Source: Zygnema circumcarinatum SAG 698-1b
Taxonomy: Eukaryota > Plantae > Zygnematophyceae
Assembly (NCBI GenBank): GCA_037447605.1
Contig: CM074806.1
Coordinates: 4,216,001-4,280,000, forward strand
Reading direction: 5' to 3'
DNA: 64,000 nt
Made by a program: the position numbers and the translations under genes
Shown here: one piece after another, positions 1 through 14,063 of the stretch
How positions within the stretch are numbered: the first letter of the stretch is position 1
Layout: each line of letters starts with the position of its first letter
The notes under the pieces: generated by a model
What the model saw: only the letters and a program-made list of their open reading frames with translations
Database searches by the model: none
What the model was told of the DNA's origin: nothing

Positions 1-1341
1 CAAAACTTCTCGCCAACACATTGTTCTCTTATCGTGGAATGGGCCTTTCTATGGGCACGATGATTGCAGGATGGGATGAAACAGTGAGTTACCGGACCTT
101 TGTTCCAGTGGCCTTGGTAGGGGATGTAGTGCTTGCAGGGTGCGAAACTCTTTATTCCTGCAGTTTATCCTCGTGTACGTACTGAACAAATGTTTCATCT
201 TCTCAGGGAGATTTTTTTCTCAGGAGTTCTTACATTCTAGACTCTTTTGTATGGAATACACTTTCTTTGGGTAGCAAAGCAAAATTTGTGTGAGTCTGTT
301 CAGTTTCGCATTCAGGGATTGCATGAGACGAAGCAGGGACAGTGATTAAGTTCACGATGTGGTGCCCTGCAGGGGCCAGGGCTGTACTATGTAGACAGTG
401 CCGGATCAAGGATAAAGGGCCAACGATTTTCTGTCGGCTCGGGCTCTATGTATGCCTATGGAGTCTTGGATTCAGGGTAAGCTGCCACCCTACAGAAGCC
501 TATGAGCATTAAATGTTCTTCCGAAGGCAGGTTACGGATGACTATATGCAAAAAGAACGAAGGTAAGAATTGACACTTCGGACTTGAAAACTCTCAGAAT
601 GTAACGAGCTGAACACAGGAAATCTGATGAAACTGACTGCTTTTGTTTCTCGGTGGATTTGAGGGTAATCAAACTGCAAGTTTGTGATGTCTCCCTCCTG
701 CAGCTTCAAGTATGACATGACAGAAGCAGAAGCAGTGGAGCTTGCCAGGAGGGCGATTTACCATGCCACCTTCCGCGATGCAGCAAGCGGAGGGACTGTC
801 AGCGGTAAGGACACTCCATGAATTTTTGTTTTCTCTTAATAGTCCATCGGTGATTTTTTTCCTGTCCCTTAACCATTGGACTCTAAAAACCCTAAAAGGA
901 TTTCTCTCTTCTGTTCGCGCTCGAAGGAACTCGCGTGAGTCTTAGGTACTCAAAATTTCTTACATAACTGCAGAGGTACCATTGGCTTTAGGTCCTCCTT
1001 TCTGTGAATGTTATACCGGTTTGTATCTATTACTCTTCTTGGCTGAGTCTGTTTCGGTTGACCTGCAGTCTTTCTTGTCATTTGCTCAATAGAATGCATA
1101 TTCGCGTCACTACCCCTTCCCCCCTCTCTCCCTCTCCCCCCCTCTCAACTCATGGGTTCCAACTTGCATATTGTCCTGCGTGCAGCACGGGGTATTAACG
1201 GCTTGGGGTGTGGAGTGTGCAGTGTATCACATAGGGCCGGAGGGGTGGAAGAAGGTGTCGGGAGATGATGTTGGAGTGCTGCACTACCATTATTACCCTG
1301 TTAAGGCAGAAAAGGAAGGCGAGGCGCTTCCCCAGCAATAG
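1..1341 (+). CDS. PBE1: 20S proteasome subunit beta type-5, 5'-truncated; exons <1-83, 373-476, 704-804, 1223-1341
   Basis: Spliced translation [96 protein letters not shown] is a typical beta5 C-terminal half; GT-AG introns, TAG at 1339-1341. Confidence 0.96.
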
Positions 1342-3043
1342 AGGAGCACGGGCGCTCGTTCTCTTCCAATGTCTCACTGTCCTTCTGTCTGCCGCTCTCG
1401 TCGTGCACTGCGTATTGTATGGGAGGGGTATCACAGGACGTGAGTCACTGCTGCAAGATGTACTCTGTGTATAAAGCCTGCTTGAATACCACACTGTTAA
1501 AGTGGCGTTTCTGTCAAGCTTGTTGCTGCTATCGTGGCGTGTGGAAAGGTCATGCATGGTCCGTATGTCCTTCCATGGACCATGGTTCAACATGCCTCCG
1601 CATTTCGGACAAATGTGACCGGGGCTTGCACGGGCCAAAATAACCAACATTTTTGCTACTGACAAATAGTATTACAAAACCTTAACCAACTTCTACTGTG
1701 ATTTGAGGAGTTGGTACTTTGTAAGTGGTTAGTCCATGGCTAATAGACTCCTCTTTAGTCAGAAGTAATTACGATGTCGAGTTTCTGCCAACACTACCGG
1801 CTCATACAAATCACCATAACCACATTGTTTAGTCTTTTGTTCGGGCCCAAGCTCCCAGGTAAGGCCCAGCACTTTCTCCCTATGTACCTTAGATGGCCTT
1901 GGCCCTGCCATTTCGATTTGGCATGACCCATGAGCATGAGGATGCATCATGCATGCCCATGATGGTGAGGGAGATGGAGAGAAAGGAGACGTAAGAGAAT
2001 CCTGCGGTGCTCAAACTCTTCCTTCCCATATGGCAAAATGTGAACCCAATGTGAACCAGTCATAAAAACCCAAAGAATTAATGGTTTTGAGCGAAAGCCA
2101 TTCGTTCAGAAAGGCAGAAGCAGAGCCCCCCAGAGGAGCAGAGAGAGGAACGAACTCTGTCACCTCCGTCACCTCCGTTTTGTACGGCACCGAAACTGTA
2201 CGTCACAATACCGTACTGTACCATGCGGCGAGCCACCATGTCGTACGGACATGCTATTCTGTACGGATGTATGATCTTCGGGAAGCTCCTGCTGGAACCA
2301 TGGCTTCCTCGCGCCATGGCTGCAAGGGGGCGGGCGGGAACTCTCCAGATTCCAGAGACGGCTGCGGATATCTTTTGAGGAGGAGGTCAGCTGCTGCTTG
2401 TGGCTGTGATGCGCTCAGAGGAAAGCGCAAATAGCGCTATATTTTTTGTAGCATAGCTCTTAGAATTACCGCTGGCTATCTTAGTTGCGGGGTGTCTGTG
2501 AAGGCTGGAGCCTCGTCCTAAACTGCGGGATTGGCTGCCTTGGTCTCTGCCTCTGCGTGTGGTTTAGGTTAGCTCTGCTCACACAAGGCATCCCAATTTG
2601 TTTTTGTACCGGATCGTAAACTAAGCAAGCTTTGGAAAATCAACGAGCAACGAATTCTGTTCTGCTCTGCTCCTCCCACTCGTTTTTGCACCTTTCTGAT
2701 CCAATCTTCAAACGAGCCGTACTACAGCTGTTCGAGCATAATCAACAATTCGATGAGGCGGACAGCTGGCATAAGCTGCTTTCTTTCTGCTTCACCATGT
2801 CTCTTAATTCTTTCTCTCCAGTGCCCTAAAATTCTCATTTTTTTGGGTCTACATTGTGCAGGTAAAGGCATGTAACCTTCTATTGGACTCCAAGGTCTCC
2901 GAAGGGCGCGCTTAGCAGTTGTCTTTTCCTTTGATTCATTCTTTGCGCCCTCTGTCCCCCTTACCTCTTTCTTTTCACTTTGACTCCGAGCGCCGTACTT
3001 TCACATCAACATCCTTTTTTCCAATTAAAGTTGAAATTTCCCC

Positions 3044-6000
3044 ATGGCGAAACCTAGTAATAACGCTTCTCATTCTCATGCGGAGATGCTGAAAGTGCAA
3101 GGAAATCATCTGTTCCTGAAAGAGAAGCTGGGAGCAGCCATTGACGCCTATACAGAGGTATGTTTTCAGCAACCCCTCTCTGACTCTCTCCCTCACAGTT
3201 TTTGTCTTTGGTTATATCCACATGCTGCTCTTATTCACTCTTGTTTTGACATTTGCCCTTCGTTTCTTCTTCCTCCATTAGAGTTGCTATACCCCGTGCA
3301 GCAACGGTCCCATTTAACCCTTTCATTGTCTGCTGTTTTTGAAAACGCATTAAAAATCTCTGCGATGTGTGATGTGTTTGTTTTGCTGAATTGCATGTTT
3401 TTCGGCGTGCTGTCACGATGCAGGCAATTGCACTGTGCCCCAATGTTGCCGTTTATTGGACGAATCGCGCTCTCTGTTACAAGAAGAGGAAGTGAGCTCT
3501 CTAAGTGCCTGCTCTCAGAATTCGCCATCTTGAGGCCCTTTTTCTCAGTTCGTGTATGTCTGGTTCATGGCCTTGCTTCCTGATGCTTCATGGAATTGAA
3601 GGATGGAGGAAAAAGGAAGGACAAGAGACGGTGAAGGAGTGTTAAAGACGGAGAGGCCGGAGAAGGGTGAAGTAGGGAGTAGGAAAAAGGGAGTGGGGAG
3701 GAGAGGAAGCGAGAGAGAGGAGGGTGGTCGAGGAGATTCTGGGACCCTGTTCGTCTTGCGCTAGTCAAAGTAAGTGATTATGGCTCTCAAGAATGAAAGT
3801 AAGGGCGAGCCATTGACGGAAATTGGGGTCTGCATTGGGATACAGCGAATGGACGCGAGTGGAGGGCGATTGCAAGAAGGCTTTGGAGCTCGATCGTGAA
3901 TCTGTTAAGGTGACGGTTGAAATAGTTCAATTTGTATGTGGGGTTAGAAGGACTCCTTAGAGACTGTTTATTCTTTATTCGATTGTTTTGTACAGAATGT
4001 ATTGCACTTACTCTGATTCCCTGACTTTTGCATCTGCAGGGACACTACATGTTGGGCTTGGCGCAGCTGCACCAAAAGTACTATGCAGATGCGATACGGG
4101 CACTGGAAAAGGTAGGACTAATCCTCTACATACGCTTCAAGTCTTGGGTTGTAGTCTTCTATCAGCCTCCTATCAAGGATTTATTTTCTTTCTCTAACCG
4201 GCCTTGCGCTTATTCGGACGCGCACATAAACCTGGGCTTCACACATCTTCATAGATATGAAGGTTTCTGGGAAATGCACAAACTCTAGCATGCCACGTTT
4301 ATTATGATGATTCCGAATGAAGGACATATTTTTTTGGGTTGATTTTCCTTCATACGTTATGCTTCAGGCTCTTGATTTGGCTCGTACCCAGAAGGGTGGT
4401 CCTGATATGGTGGAGGAAATCTGGCAAGAACTTGCAAAGGCTAGATACAATCAGTGGCAGGTGGAATCTGCAACAAGGAGAGACCGGCATAATCGCTTAA
4501 GGTTAGACATTGGAGCCGATTCTGCTTACACAGCAAAAGGACATATGCCTTCACACAATTGAAAAACCATAGTACAGAAGCTTCATGTTAGGCCAGTTGT
4601 GTCGCATTATGAAGATAGAATGGCACCGAAAATGTCTAACGAAGTGAACTGAACTTTTTAGGTAAGGTTATGCCTTAAACATGTGTGAGCCATGGGGCTG
4701 ATTTTCATGCTTGCTGTCGATTTTCAGGGAACATTTACAAGCCTTGATGAAAGCTAATTATGAGGAGCAGAGAGAGAGGATTAAGAAGGGGAGCGAGCCG
4801 GAGAGCACTACTACAACTTCCGAAAAGGAAGGAGGTGAACTGACTTCGGAAACGGAGTCAACTTCACAGTCTGCAGAACCACGTGGTGGGCGGAGCAATC
4901 CCGAGCTCAATCAGGATGATGCGGAGGGAGTGGATAGGCCGCATAACATGGACATAGATGAGGGGTTGCCTGTGGAGAATGTCAAGGTGGGGGATCGGCA
5001 GGAAGGCGGAGCATCGGTTTCTTATGGTGGGTATCAATACACTACAGGGTAGTACTCTAGTATATGGGAACATAGAAGATCACAGTAAAGGGTACACTCT
5101 GTATGTAATACAATACTATACTATATTAGACTATACAATATACTATTCATACTATACACTACTAACAGCAATGCATTTAGCAATGCATTTAGCAATGTAT
5201 TTTATACGGCATTTTCCTGTGATATACTGCATAGTATCCATGGAGTACACTGCCTTATATAGGAATTCCGCTGTGAAACATGCTGCCCTTTATGCGATAA
5301 GGCGAAGTTGTTGACAGCGTGATAAATTCGCAGATTTGCTACAATGTATGTATTTGCGAAATTGCCATCCCTCAAGCAATCGTTAATGCTGAAATCTGCT
5401 GCAGAGGAGAAAGAAAGGGAGAGTTGGCGAAGTGCTGAACTTGCGCGGTTGGCGGAGGAGTATGAAGAACGTGTGAACACTCTCGAGAATGTGTTTGACA
5501 AAGCGGGAGAGCGGGACCGAGTGGGAGAGGTGAGAGCTGTAAAAGCAAAAAAAAAAAAAAAATGAGTAGAATTTTTTAAACGATGTTATTAATTTTAACT
5601 GTGCAGGAGAGCATTTTTAGCTGCTTTTCCATTTTAAAATGTTCAAAAATCTTAGCCTTTCCCTGGTATGATTTTTTCTTTTGGAACGGCTTTTTTGAGT
5701 TTATTATGCTGAGGTAGATCAAGCGCAACGTTATCGACAAAAATGGGTCAAGCTTTTTGAATGTGATGCTGCCTGTATCTGTGTGGGAGATATCCTTTGC
5801 ATATGTTTTGTTTTTGTGATTTAATTTATCCCTTTTCGGGCTGTTCTTTGGGCGTCTCAGATTCCCGACCATCTGTGCTGCAACATTACTATGGATATTT
5901 TTCGGGACCCTGTTGTCACTCCCTGTGGAATATCTTACGAGCGATCTCAACTAATGCAGCACTTGAAGAGGGTGAGCATTTTGAAGCCTGCCATTTCTCC

Positions 6001-6501
6001 CGTACAGTTTAGGATTTTAGGGTTCCTATCCAATGAACTGCACAGAGTACTACATCTTGTGTTCATTCCTCAAATTGTACGAACCCCACACCTTCTCAAC
6101 TCTAATCATCTTCAACTTCGTTAAGCACTCTAATCATCTTCAACTTCATCTTCTGAAAAGTATGCACTCTAATCATCTTCAACTTCATCTTCTGAAAAGT
6201 ATGCACTCTAATCATCTTCAACTTCATCTTCTGAAAAGTATGCACTCTAATCATCTTCAACTTCATCTTCTGAAAAGTATGCACTCTAATCATCTTCAAC
6301 TTGATCTTCTGAAAAGTATGCGCATTGACCCGCGAGCCCCCCTCCCCCTCCCCCTCCCCCTGCCCCTTGCAGGGGCGCAAGTTCGACCCGGTGAGTCGCG
6401 TGCCCCTCGAGGCGGAGCAGGCGCACCCCAACCTCGCGCTCAGGGAGGCCGTGCAGGCCTACCTCGACGAGCACGGCTGGGCCTACAACACGGGCAGGTA
6501 G
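3044..6501 (+). CDS. CHIP: E3 ubiquitin ligase CHIP (TPR + U-box), ~371 aa; exons 3044-3157, 3424-3491, 3846-3909, 4040-4111, 4368-4501, 4728-5026, 5405-5529, 5861-5971, 6373-6501
   Basis: TPR motifs (LKVQGNHLF..AAIDAYTEAIALCPNVAVYWTNRALCY) and U-box (IPDHLCCNITMDIFRDPVVTPCGISYER..KFDPVSRVPL..PNLALREAV). Exon lengths sum to 1116 nt, in frame. The exon 6/7 junction is the least certain. Confidence 0.95.
6100..6320 (+). repeat. 39-bp tandem repeat, ~5.5 copies, in CHIP intron 8
   Basis: Unit CACTCTAATCATCTTCAACTTCATCTTCTGAAAAGTATG is repeated almost perfectly. Confidence 0.92.
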
Positions 6502-6718
6502 GGGAGGGAGGGAGGGAGGGAGGGAGGGAGGGAGGGAGGGAGGGAGGGAGGGAGGGAGGGAGGGAGGGAGGGAGGGAGGGAGGGAGGGAGGGGAGGGAAG
6601 GGAGGGAGGGGAGGGAAGGGAGGGAGGGGAGGGGAGGGAGGGAGGGAGGGAGGGAGGGAGGGAGGGAGGGAGGGAGGAGGAGGGAGGGAGGGAGGGGAGG
6701 GGAGGGAGGGAGGGGAGG
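6502..6718 (+). repeat. (GGGA)n tract directly after the CHIP stop codon
   Basis: Direct reading of the sequence. Confidence 0.95.
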
Positions 6719-8522
6719 CTAATCTGCTCGCTGTGAAATCAAGGAAGGGAGGAATTTGAAATCATAGTTGATAGGTGTATGCTTTAGAAGATCCCCTTGT
6801 ATAATTTTTTTTCTTTATATAAAGGATGAATCTCTCTTCCTCTGGAGGTAAAATTTGAATGAAATCAGTGGAACTCGTTCTGCTTTTGTTGCGTGGTATG
6901 GTGTTGTGATTGTTCCTTGTTCATGTTTTTGTTGTTGATGCCACGTTTGTGTGGACTGTTGTGCTTCATGTTGTTGTTGTTGTTGTTATGCCAAGTTGTT
7001 GTTGGCATGACGGGCACGCCAAGGCTAAGGCCCGTCCCCATGTCCGCTCAGTTCCGTGCCGCCCCGTTGGCCGCTACTGTAACTATACGTGACATGTAGC
7101 ACAATGAAAATTGAATTCGACTTTTTTATCGGACGAGAAAGATGATTTCCCAATAACGCGTTCACATGTTCAAAGTCGCCGGCAGCTTTTGTCACGTCAC
7201 GCGTGCAATCATCATGGGAGCAGTTCAAAAGTGACAAAAACGGACAATACTTTTCGAGCTTCAATTTTGATTTTTTTTTTCCGACCACTCATTAGCCGAC
7301 ACGTCTGCTGTGTTGCTGACATGTCGAGCTCTGATTCGCGAGGTTTTTGCTATCTGTAAAAATAAAAATAAAGTTTGGACGTTGCGACCGCGGGCGAGCG
7401 TGCGACAAATCCGTTTGTGGTCAAGATCGGATCTTGCGGATCTCAGAGTACGGTCGGGCTTGCGGGCGGGCGGCACAGCATTGAATACTGCGTACCTCAG
7501 GCAGGACAGGTGTCAGAGGCTCCACGGGCAGCCGGCCTAAAACTTTCTGCGCCTCCATTTTTTTTTTTTTCTGTGACCGCTTCTTCGGATCCGTTAGAAA
7601 GTACGGGAGGGCGTGTCGGATGAAAAAGAGAATAGAACGGAAGTTTTTCCAGTATTACTGAATATGATTTTTTTATATGCGGAGCACTCCTTTGCAATGA
7701 AGAGCCGTCACGGAATCCCGTCGTGAGATCGATTGCCACGTGGCAGTAAATCATTGGTGTATTTCCAGGTGCGATTTTTTTCTTAAAACAAATCAAACTG
7801 GCTCAGCTTGACTGACTACCACGTGGCGCCACGTGGAATTCCGAAGGTCCAATCGCCCAATCGGGGTTTCCGAACCATTTCGTACATGTACGGTGCCGTA
7901 TGACGACCGTACGAAACGTTTCTCCTTTCTCGATTTCTGGCGCCGCTTCTCCGCACCCTCAGAAACTCGCATTCAGAAATTCGCATTCAGCTACTGCGCA
8001 AAGCCCAAAGTCTAAAACTGAAAAAGGTGGTTTCGTACGGTACGGAGCTGTGCGAACTTTGGGTACGGAAACGGATAGAAGGAGGTGGCGCCTAGTTTTT
8101 TTCTGCCCGTTTGTATCGGGCAGTTTCCGCCCGTTGACCGTTCCTTTCGCTGGGAGGAGCGGCGGACAAGGGCTCGAACTGGCAGGGAACCGCCGTAATA
8201 GCGGCTGTTCAGTTCCCGATCAACGCGAAGCTTGTAATTTTCGGAGCATGGAACCGCCCCCATCTGATGCATCCGTGCTCCATTGTTGGAGAGCGCGAGA
8301 GGGGGAGCGGAGAGAGCCAGAGAGGTGAGGGAGGGAGAGGGAGAGGGAGAGAGGAGAGAAAGAGGGGGCGGTCACATTTCAGGGTTGTCAGAAGCAGAAG
8401 TGAGAGGTAAAGTCGGTCTTGGAATGAGAGGGATTCTGAGATTCTGCAGCATTTGAAGAAATTTTTGGAGCTTAATCTGAAGCTTTGCAGGCGTATTGGA
8501 GCGGTCTTTTGACAAGAAGTTG

Positions 8523-10922
8523 ATGGGGATGGGTAAGGGAAGCGAAAGAGGAGGGAGCTCCTTTTTGAGAAAAGTGCTGATCAGCTATTTCTATGTGGCG
8601 GTATGGATCACATTGAGCTTTTCGGTGATCGTTTACAACAAGTACATCCTGGACAAGAAGATGTACAACTGGCCGTACCCGATAAGGTGCGGGCAGCTAC
8701 GTTTTTTGCTTTTATCCAAATTTCAAATGATATGTAAACACGTGCATATAGCCCAATAGTATATTTCTCGGCTATCTGTATGTCACACAAGGAGCTGCAT
8801 GCAGATGTTAACCTCACGTTGCTCCCGTTCTTATGTTAACTACCAGATGCCACACATTTCCTTTCTTCTCTTCTCTTCTATTTTACTTTCGTCGCCTCCG
8901 TTTCTCGGCATCCTATTTCATATTTCATATTTCATATAATCAAACATGTTCTGAAATAGTTCGTGGCCTGCGGCATGAGCATCTACTCTCTCCCCCTCTC
9001 TTTCGTCTCCCTCCCCCCCTCTCTCTCTCTCCCTCGTTCTGTCACTCCCTCTTCTTCGCCTCATCCTCTCTCACGGCCAACTGCAATTTTTTTAGTGCTT
9101 TTCTCCAGTTTTTTTTCATTCTAGAAGATGTTTCTATGCTCCTATCGGCATATCAGACTCGCCTCCCAGTGCTCTATCTGTCAGCTGAGTATATGCATTC
9201 TGTATGGTTCGTTCAATTTGATTTCATCCGCTGTCTTTCAATAGGACGAGCCTCCGCATTAGATGAAAGTCTCTGCCAATCCTGCCCGTTTATCGTCTGC
9301 CTTCTGGAGGGGGAGGGTTTAGCCTTTGCCAGAACTCAGCACGAGATTGCTGACCATGGCGGTTCTTGAGTGGAACCTTTATTTCTTTGGCGCAAGTATT
9401 GCTGTGAAGAGCCGCACTTTTTTATGTAACAAGGAGCAATGCGTCATGCGTATGAGCTGTCTGAAGATGTACCTTTCATGCATTAGCAGGAGGGCCATGG
9501 GTAGTATCTAATTGCAGGTGATTAAGGTTATTGGCATTGAAAACATTCCAGGAAAGTACAGAGAGCTTGTGCTGTGCCCTTTTAGTGAGAACACATGCAT
9601 ATGGGATTGTTAACTTAACAATATAATAACGTGGTGTTCTAGAAGTTGACCTAACTTTTCCAAAGCTCTCGAAGAATTTCCCCACTTAAAACATTATGCA
9701 CATGTACACTTTAGGGCGTCGTTAAATGCCTATATTTTTTTACTAGATGTAGCCCACTCTAGCTGAGACTTAAAGTATTTGGCATCCAGAAGAATCAACC
9801 TCTGTTCAAAGTCACAAGAAGGCTTCACCCTGAAGGCTTACTCCTGTATTGGACCTGCTTGGACTGACTAACTACAATGTCCTTACTCCACTCCCCTGCG
9901 AACTTTTCGACTCTTTTTTCCTCATGCATGGCGTGGACTGGCATCTAATAAAGAATCGTTAAACCATCGAGAACTTTTCTGCTAGTCCATCAACATGCAT
10001 CTGATTATGTGCTTTGTTTGTGTTCTTTTGTCTTGCTGATGTACTCAGTCTCACAATGATCCACATGATTTTCTGCTCCTCCCTCGCCTTCTTCCTCGTT
10101 CGAGTTTTGAGAGTGGTGGACCCTGTCATAATGTCGAGAGACGTCTACTTGTCATCCGTGGTTCCAATTGGAGCGCTTTACTCTCTCAGCCTTTGGTTTT
10201 CTAATTCTGCCTATATCTACCTCTCCGTATCCTTCATCCAGGTGAGCTATACAAAGGGATTCCTATGGGTAGGAGAAGATTACTAGTATGACTTGTGCTA
10301 AGCTTGTGAGTACTATATAAGTCTCAATAGAAGTAGCTCTGACGAATGCACTCTTTACAGTCCCAATTAGCATGGACGTAAAAGAGCTCGGTTTAAGCGA
10401 TGAGACAGAGTTTCCTGTGTAGGCGAGGGGGCACTAGATAGTGGTTTCTCTGCTTGTCCATGGCGGGATTCCCTTTTTGAACTCATAGTACTCGTATTGA
10501 GGGACACTCCCCCTTCATCCAAGACTAGAACATAGCTGAGATGGGAGAGACCGAGAGAGTCTCCCTTTGTTTATTTCACTGCTGTTCACTGAACCAGCCT
10601 CCCTGCACGCGTTTGAACCCGCAGATGCTGAAGGCCCTGATGCCAGTAGCCGTGTATTCAATTGGCGTTTTAGTGAAGAAGGAGGTCTTCAAAGGATCGA
10701 CGATGACAAACATGATCTGCATCACAGTGGGAGTTGGCATCGCTGCATACGGAGAGGCCAAATTCAACTCCACAGGCATTCTGCTGCAGCTTGGCGCGGT
10801 GGCCTTTGAAGCCACGCGATTGGTCCTCATTCAGGTCATCCTTCTCTCCCTTCCTCCAACCGCACGCCCCATGCTCTATCGACCCCCCCCTCTCCCTCTC
10901 TCTCTCTCTTTCTCTCTTTTCT

Positions 10923-10987
<65 letters not shown>

Positions 10988-11744
10988 TCTTTCTCTCTCT
11001 TTCTCTCTCTCCCCATTCCGGAGCACAACATCGAAAGAAACTCGCAGCCAGAAAGAGACAAAATCTCCATTTCTTCACGAAGTTATTCGTTGCCGTTCAG
11101 TTACCAGTTCCGTAACGTCTGCATGTGTCCTGCGTGCCTGCCCTCATGCATGACATGACATGGTGCGCAGATCCTCCTCACCTCCCGAGGCATAAGTCTG
11201 AACCCCATCACGAGCCTCTACTACGTGGCCCCCTGCTGCCTCGTCTTCCTCTCGGTCCCATGGCTGCTCGTCGAGCTCCCTCGCCTGCGCGCGGCGGAGG
11301 CCCTCAAGTTCAGTTGGCTCATCTTCTCCACCAACTCCGCCTGCGCTTTTGCGCTCAACCTCGCAGTCTTCCTCCTCATCGGGAAAACGTCGGCTCTCAC
11401 AATGAATGTGGCTGGTAAGCAATTGGCGGTGCTTTGAAAAATAAGGTTTTTGTGGAGTGGCATTTCGGGGCAGGTTTTGCCGGAAAGCCTTCATTCATTT
11501 CCCTTTTGTTCTATGTCTCTCTTCTTTCTCCCCTTCCCCCTTGTGCAGGCGTTGTGAAGGACTGGCTGCTTATTGCCTTCTCGTGGTCCATCATTAAGGA
11601 CAGCGTGACGGAAGTGAACCTTCTCGGCTATGCTCTCGCCTTCCTCGGAGTGTGCTGGTACAACAATGCCAAGCTGCAGGTACCCACACTTTCTCTTCTT
11701 GATTTCTAAAAAACGAGAGAAAGAGAGAGAAAGCGAGAGAGAAA

Positions 11745-11780
<36 letters not shown>

Positions 11781-11992
11781 GGGAGAGCATGCTTCATAGT
11801 TTGCGCATTGTAAAGTGTCAAGAAAACGAAGGAAAACATCTCAAGTTTTTTGGGGAGTGGCTGCAGGACATGAAGGCGAAGGACGCCGCCAAGAAGGCCG
11901 CGCAGCAGGTCGACGAGGAGAGGGGCCTGCTCGAGCCCAAGAGCCAGCTCAGCTCGCCCTCTGGGCAGCTCAAAGCCGGGCAGGGGAAATAA
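8523..11992 (+). CDS. Triose-phosphate-translocator (TPT/NST) family transporter, ~355 aa; exons 8523-8686, 10049-10241, 10625-10834, 11171-11414, 11549-11679, 11867-11992
   Basis: Motifs [94 protein letters not shown]; exons sum to 1068 nt, in frame. Alternative start at 8529. Confidence 0.95.
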
Positions 11993-14063
11993 ATAAAGTG
12001 CAAGGAAGGAGGGGGGAGGTGTGTGTGCTGGCGTTGATCATTCTTTTTTCGAATTTTCGGATTAATTCGTTCAACGGGAAGCATAGAAAGTGGAGGGGGT
12101 GGGAGGGGGTGGGGCGAAGCAGACATGTTAAAAAAAAGAGAGTGAGGAAGGGAGAAGGTGGCTCCGCAAGGGAGGGGCAAGGGGGGGCGTTCGCTGGGAG
12201 TGCTTGTAGCAAATTTTGTGGCATTTTGCGAGTTTAGACCATATGCAGTTTTGGGGTTTTTGGGTTTAGGGTTTGGGGGTTCAGGGTCGAGGGCTCAGGG
12301 AATCAGAGAATTGTGGCCGGACGAGGAGGGGACGGGTCGCCACCTTGAACCGAGTCCTCGAGGGCGCGCAGTTGCAGGAGCTCGAGGACGTAGGAGCAAT
12401 AATAAGACTTGGCGGGCTGGGAATTGAAATTTGAAAGCTGTGGGTATTTTTAGAATTGGCGCTGACATTGTAAGAGCGTGCCGTGCTGCTGCAAAGGGTT
12501 GTGGGAGGCGTCCTATTATTAGTCGTGCCTTGCACTCTTCGACTCATGGCTAGTGACTTCTATCGGTCTTCAGTGACTGGCTAAAGCACATTTTTGCCCC
12601 ATGGGAACTTCCACCCTAGCTTACTTGTTCAAGAACACGGCAAAGTATGAGAGCATGCATGCATGCTCCATAGTATTGCCGACCGTTTCCATGATCTCAG
12701 TGTCGTTACGGTTCCACTCACGCTACCATATAGGCAGTTGTGAGCATTGAGCGGCCGTACCGATGAGAGCCAATCACCGCCCGCCTGTCCGTACGTATCC
12801 GTCATCCATCTGACGCCACGTGTCAAGCAATAAAATCGTACGGCGGATCAGAAATGGTCCCTCGAAAGGGACACTGCAACCGTACGGCAGAATCGTTAAT
12901 CGTCCAATCACATGCCGCCGGCTGGCGCCTGTCTGCTGACGGCTTCGATTGGTACAGAACGCCAGCTGTTCACCCGGGTGCCGCTCTTGTCGTATCGGGA
13001 AGGCGGCCGCGCACTGTTAAGGCCGACAGGCCGTCCTTGTTCGACCTGCCGTCATGCCGTCAGTAAATCCACGTGGCGACATATAAATGGTTGAATATGA
13101 ATTTTGAATTTTTTCACCGGGCTACGGCAAAGCGCCAGCAGGGGGCCCGGGCAGAGGCGGGCGGTGGCCGGAACGTCCTTTGTGTTTTTGTTCTTTTTGA
13201 AAAAAAAAAAAACGACGCCACGTCTGCGAGCTCCAGCAAGAACCCAATCAGAACTGGCCACGTGGAACTTTTGAAGCGTCAGACGTGGCCCACCGCGGTC
13301 ACCGTCCTTGCGGCGGCCGGTGGGGGCCCGCGACCTCGACCGGCGGTCACCGCGGGTCGGTGGCTGCGCGCCAGCATGGCAACAGTCTCCTAGCCTGACA
13401 GCGGTACATATCCCTGGAAAACACGTGGCAGTTCTCAAGTGGTATTGTGGTCTTAATGAGGAACTCTGTGCGGCTAAACACGCCCCTTGCCGACGTGTCT
13501 GCCACGTTGGTGCCACGTAGTAGGTGATGGAGCCCTGCCGCCTGGCGCACATGGCGCCACCAATGAAGCCAGCTGACAAATCATTGTTTTGTACAGTGCC
13601 GTACATGCAAAACGATTCGCCGGCTGAAATGTCGGCCTCGCATGTGGTGCCGTTTCCTCTGACCAGTGTGTTTCCGCCACGTCAGCGAACATTATAACGA
13701 AAAAAGGAAAAGAAATGCTCATTCATTCTGGCGATATTTCGCCGCATTTTCGACCTTGCAGTCGTACAGTCATGCCGTACAAGTTCGGTACTTTCAGGTC
13801 TCACTGGTACGGCCACCCATGGCAACCGTACAGGCTTCCTCCGCCTTCGGGTTCGCCTCCCTCGCCGCCCTCGCACTTGCGGCGAGGGAGGAGGCGCAAG
13901 GGCAGCCATGGCGGCGGGGCTTTGGGGCAATGCAGGGCTCGGGGAGTGGAGGCAGGCAGGGTTCAGAGGAGGCGCGGAAGCTGGAGAATTTTAAGGTGCA
14001 GGGAAGGCGCGCTGCGGACCTCCTGCATGCTTCTCGAGGGAGGTCGTCCGCACGAGGGCAGCC

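Noticed and set aside
2380-2560. Possible structured ncRNA (GAGGAAAG, TGTGATG motifs)
   Set aside because: It lacks the remaining RNase P/MRP or C/D-box consensus elements.
6033-6722. 229-aa ORF with HSNHLQLHLLKSM repeats, or a CRISPR-like array
   Set aside because: It is a spacer-less 39-bp intronic tandem repeat plus a GGGA tract; the true CHIP exon there uses another frame.
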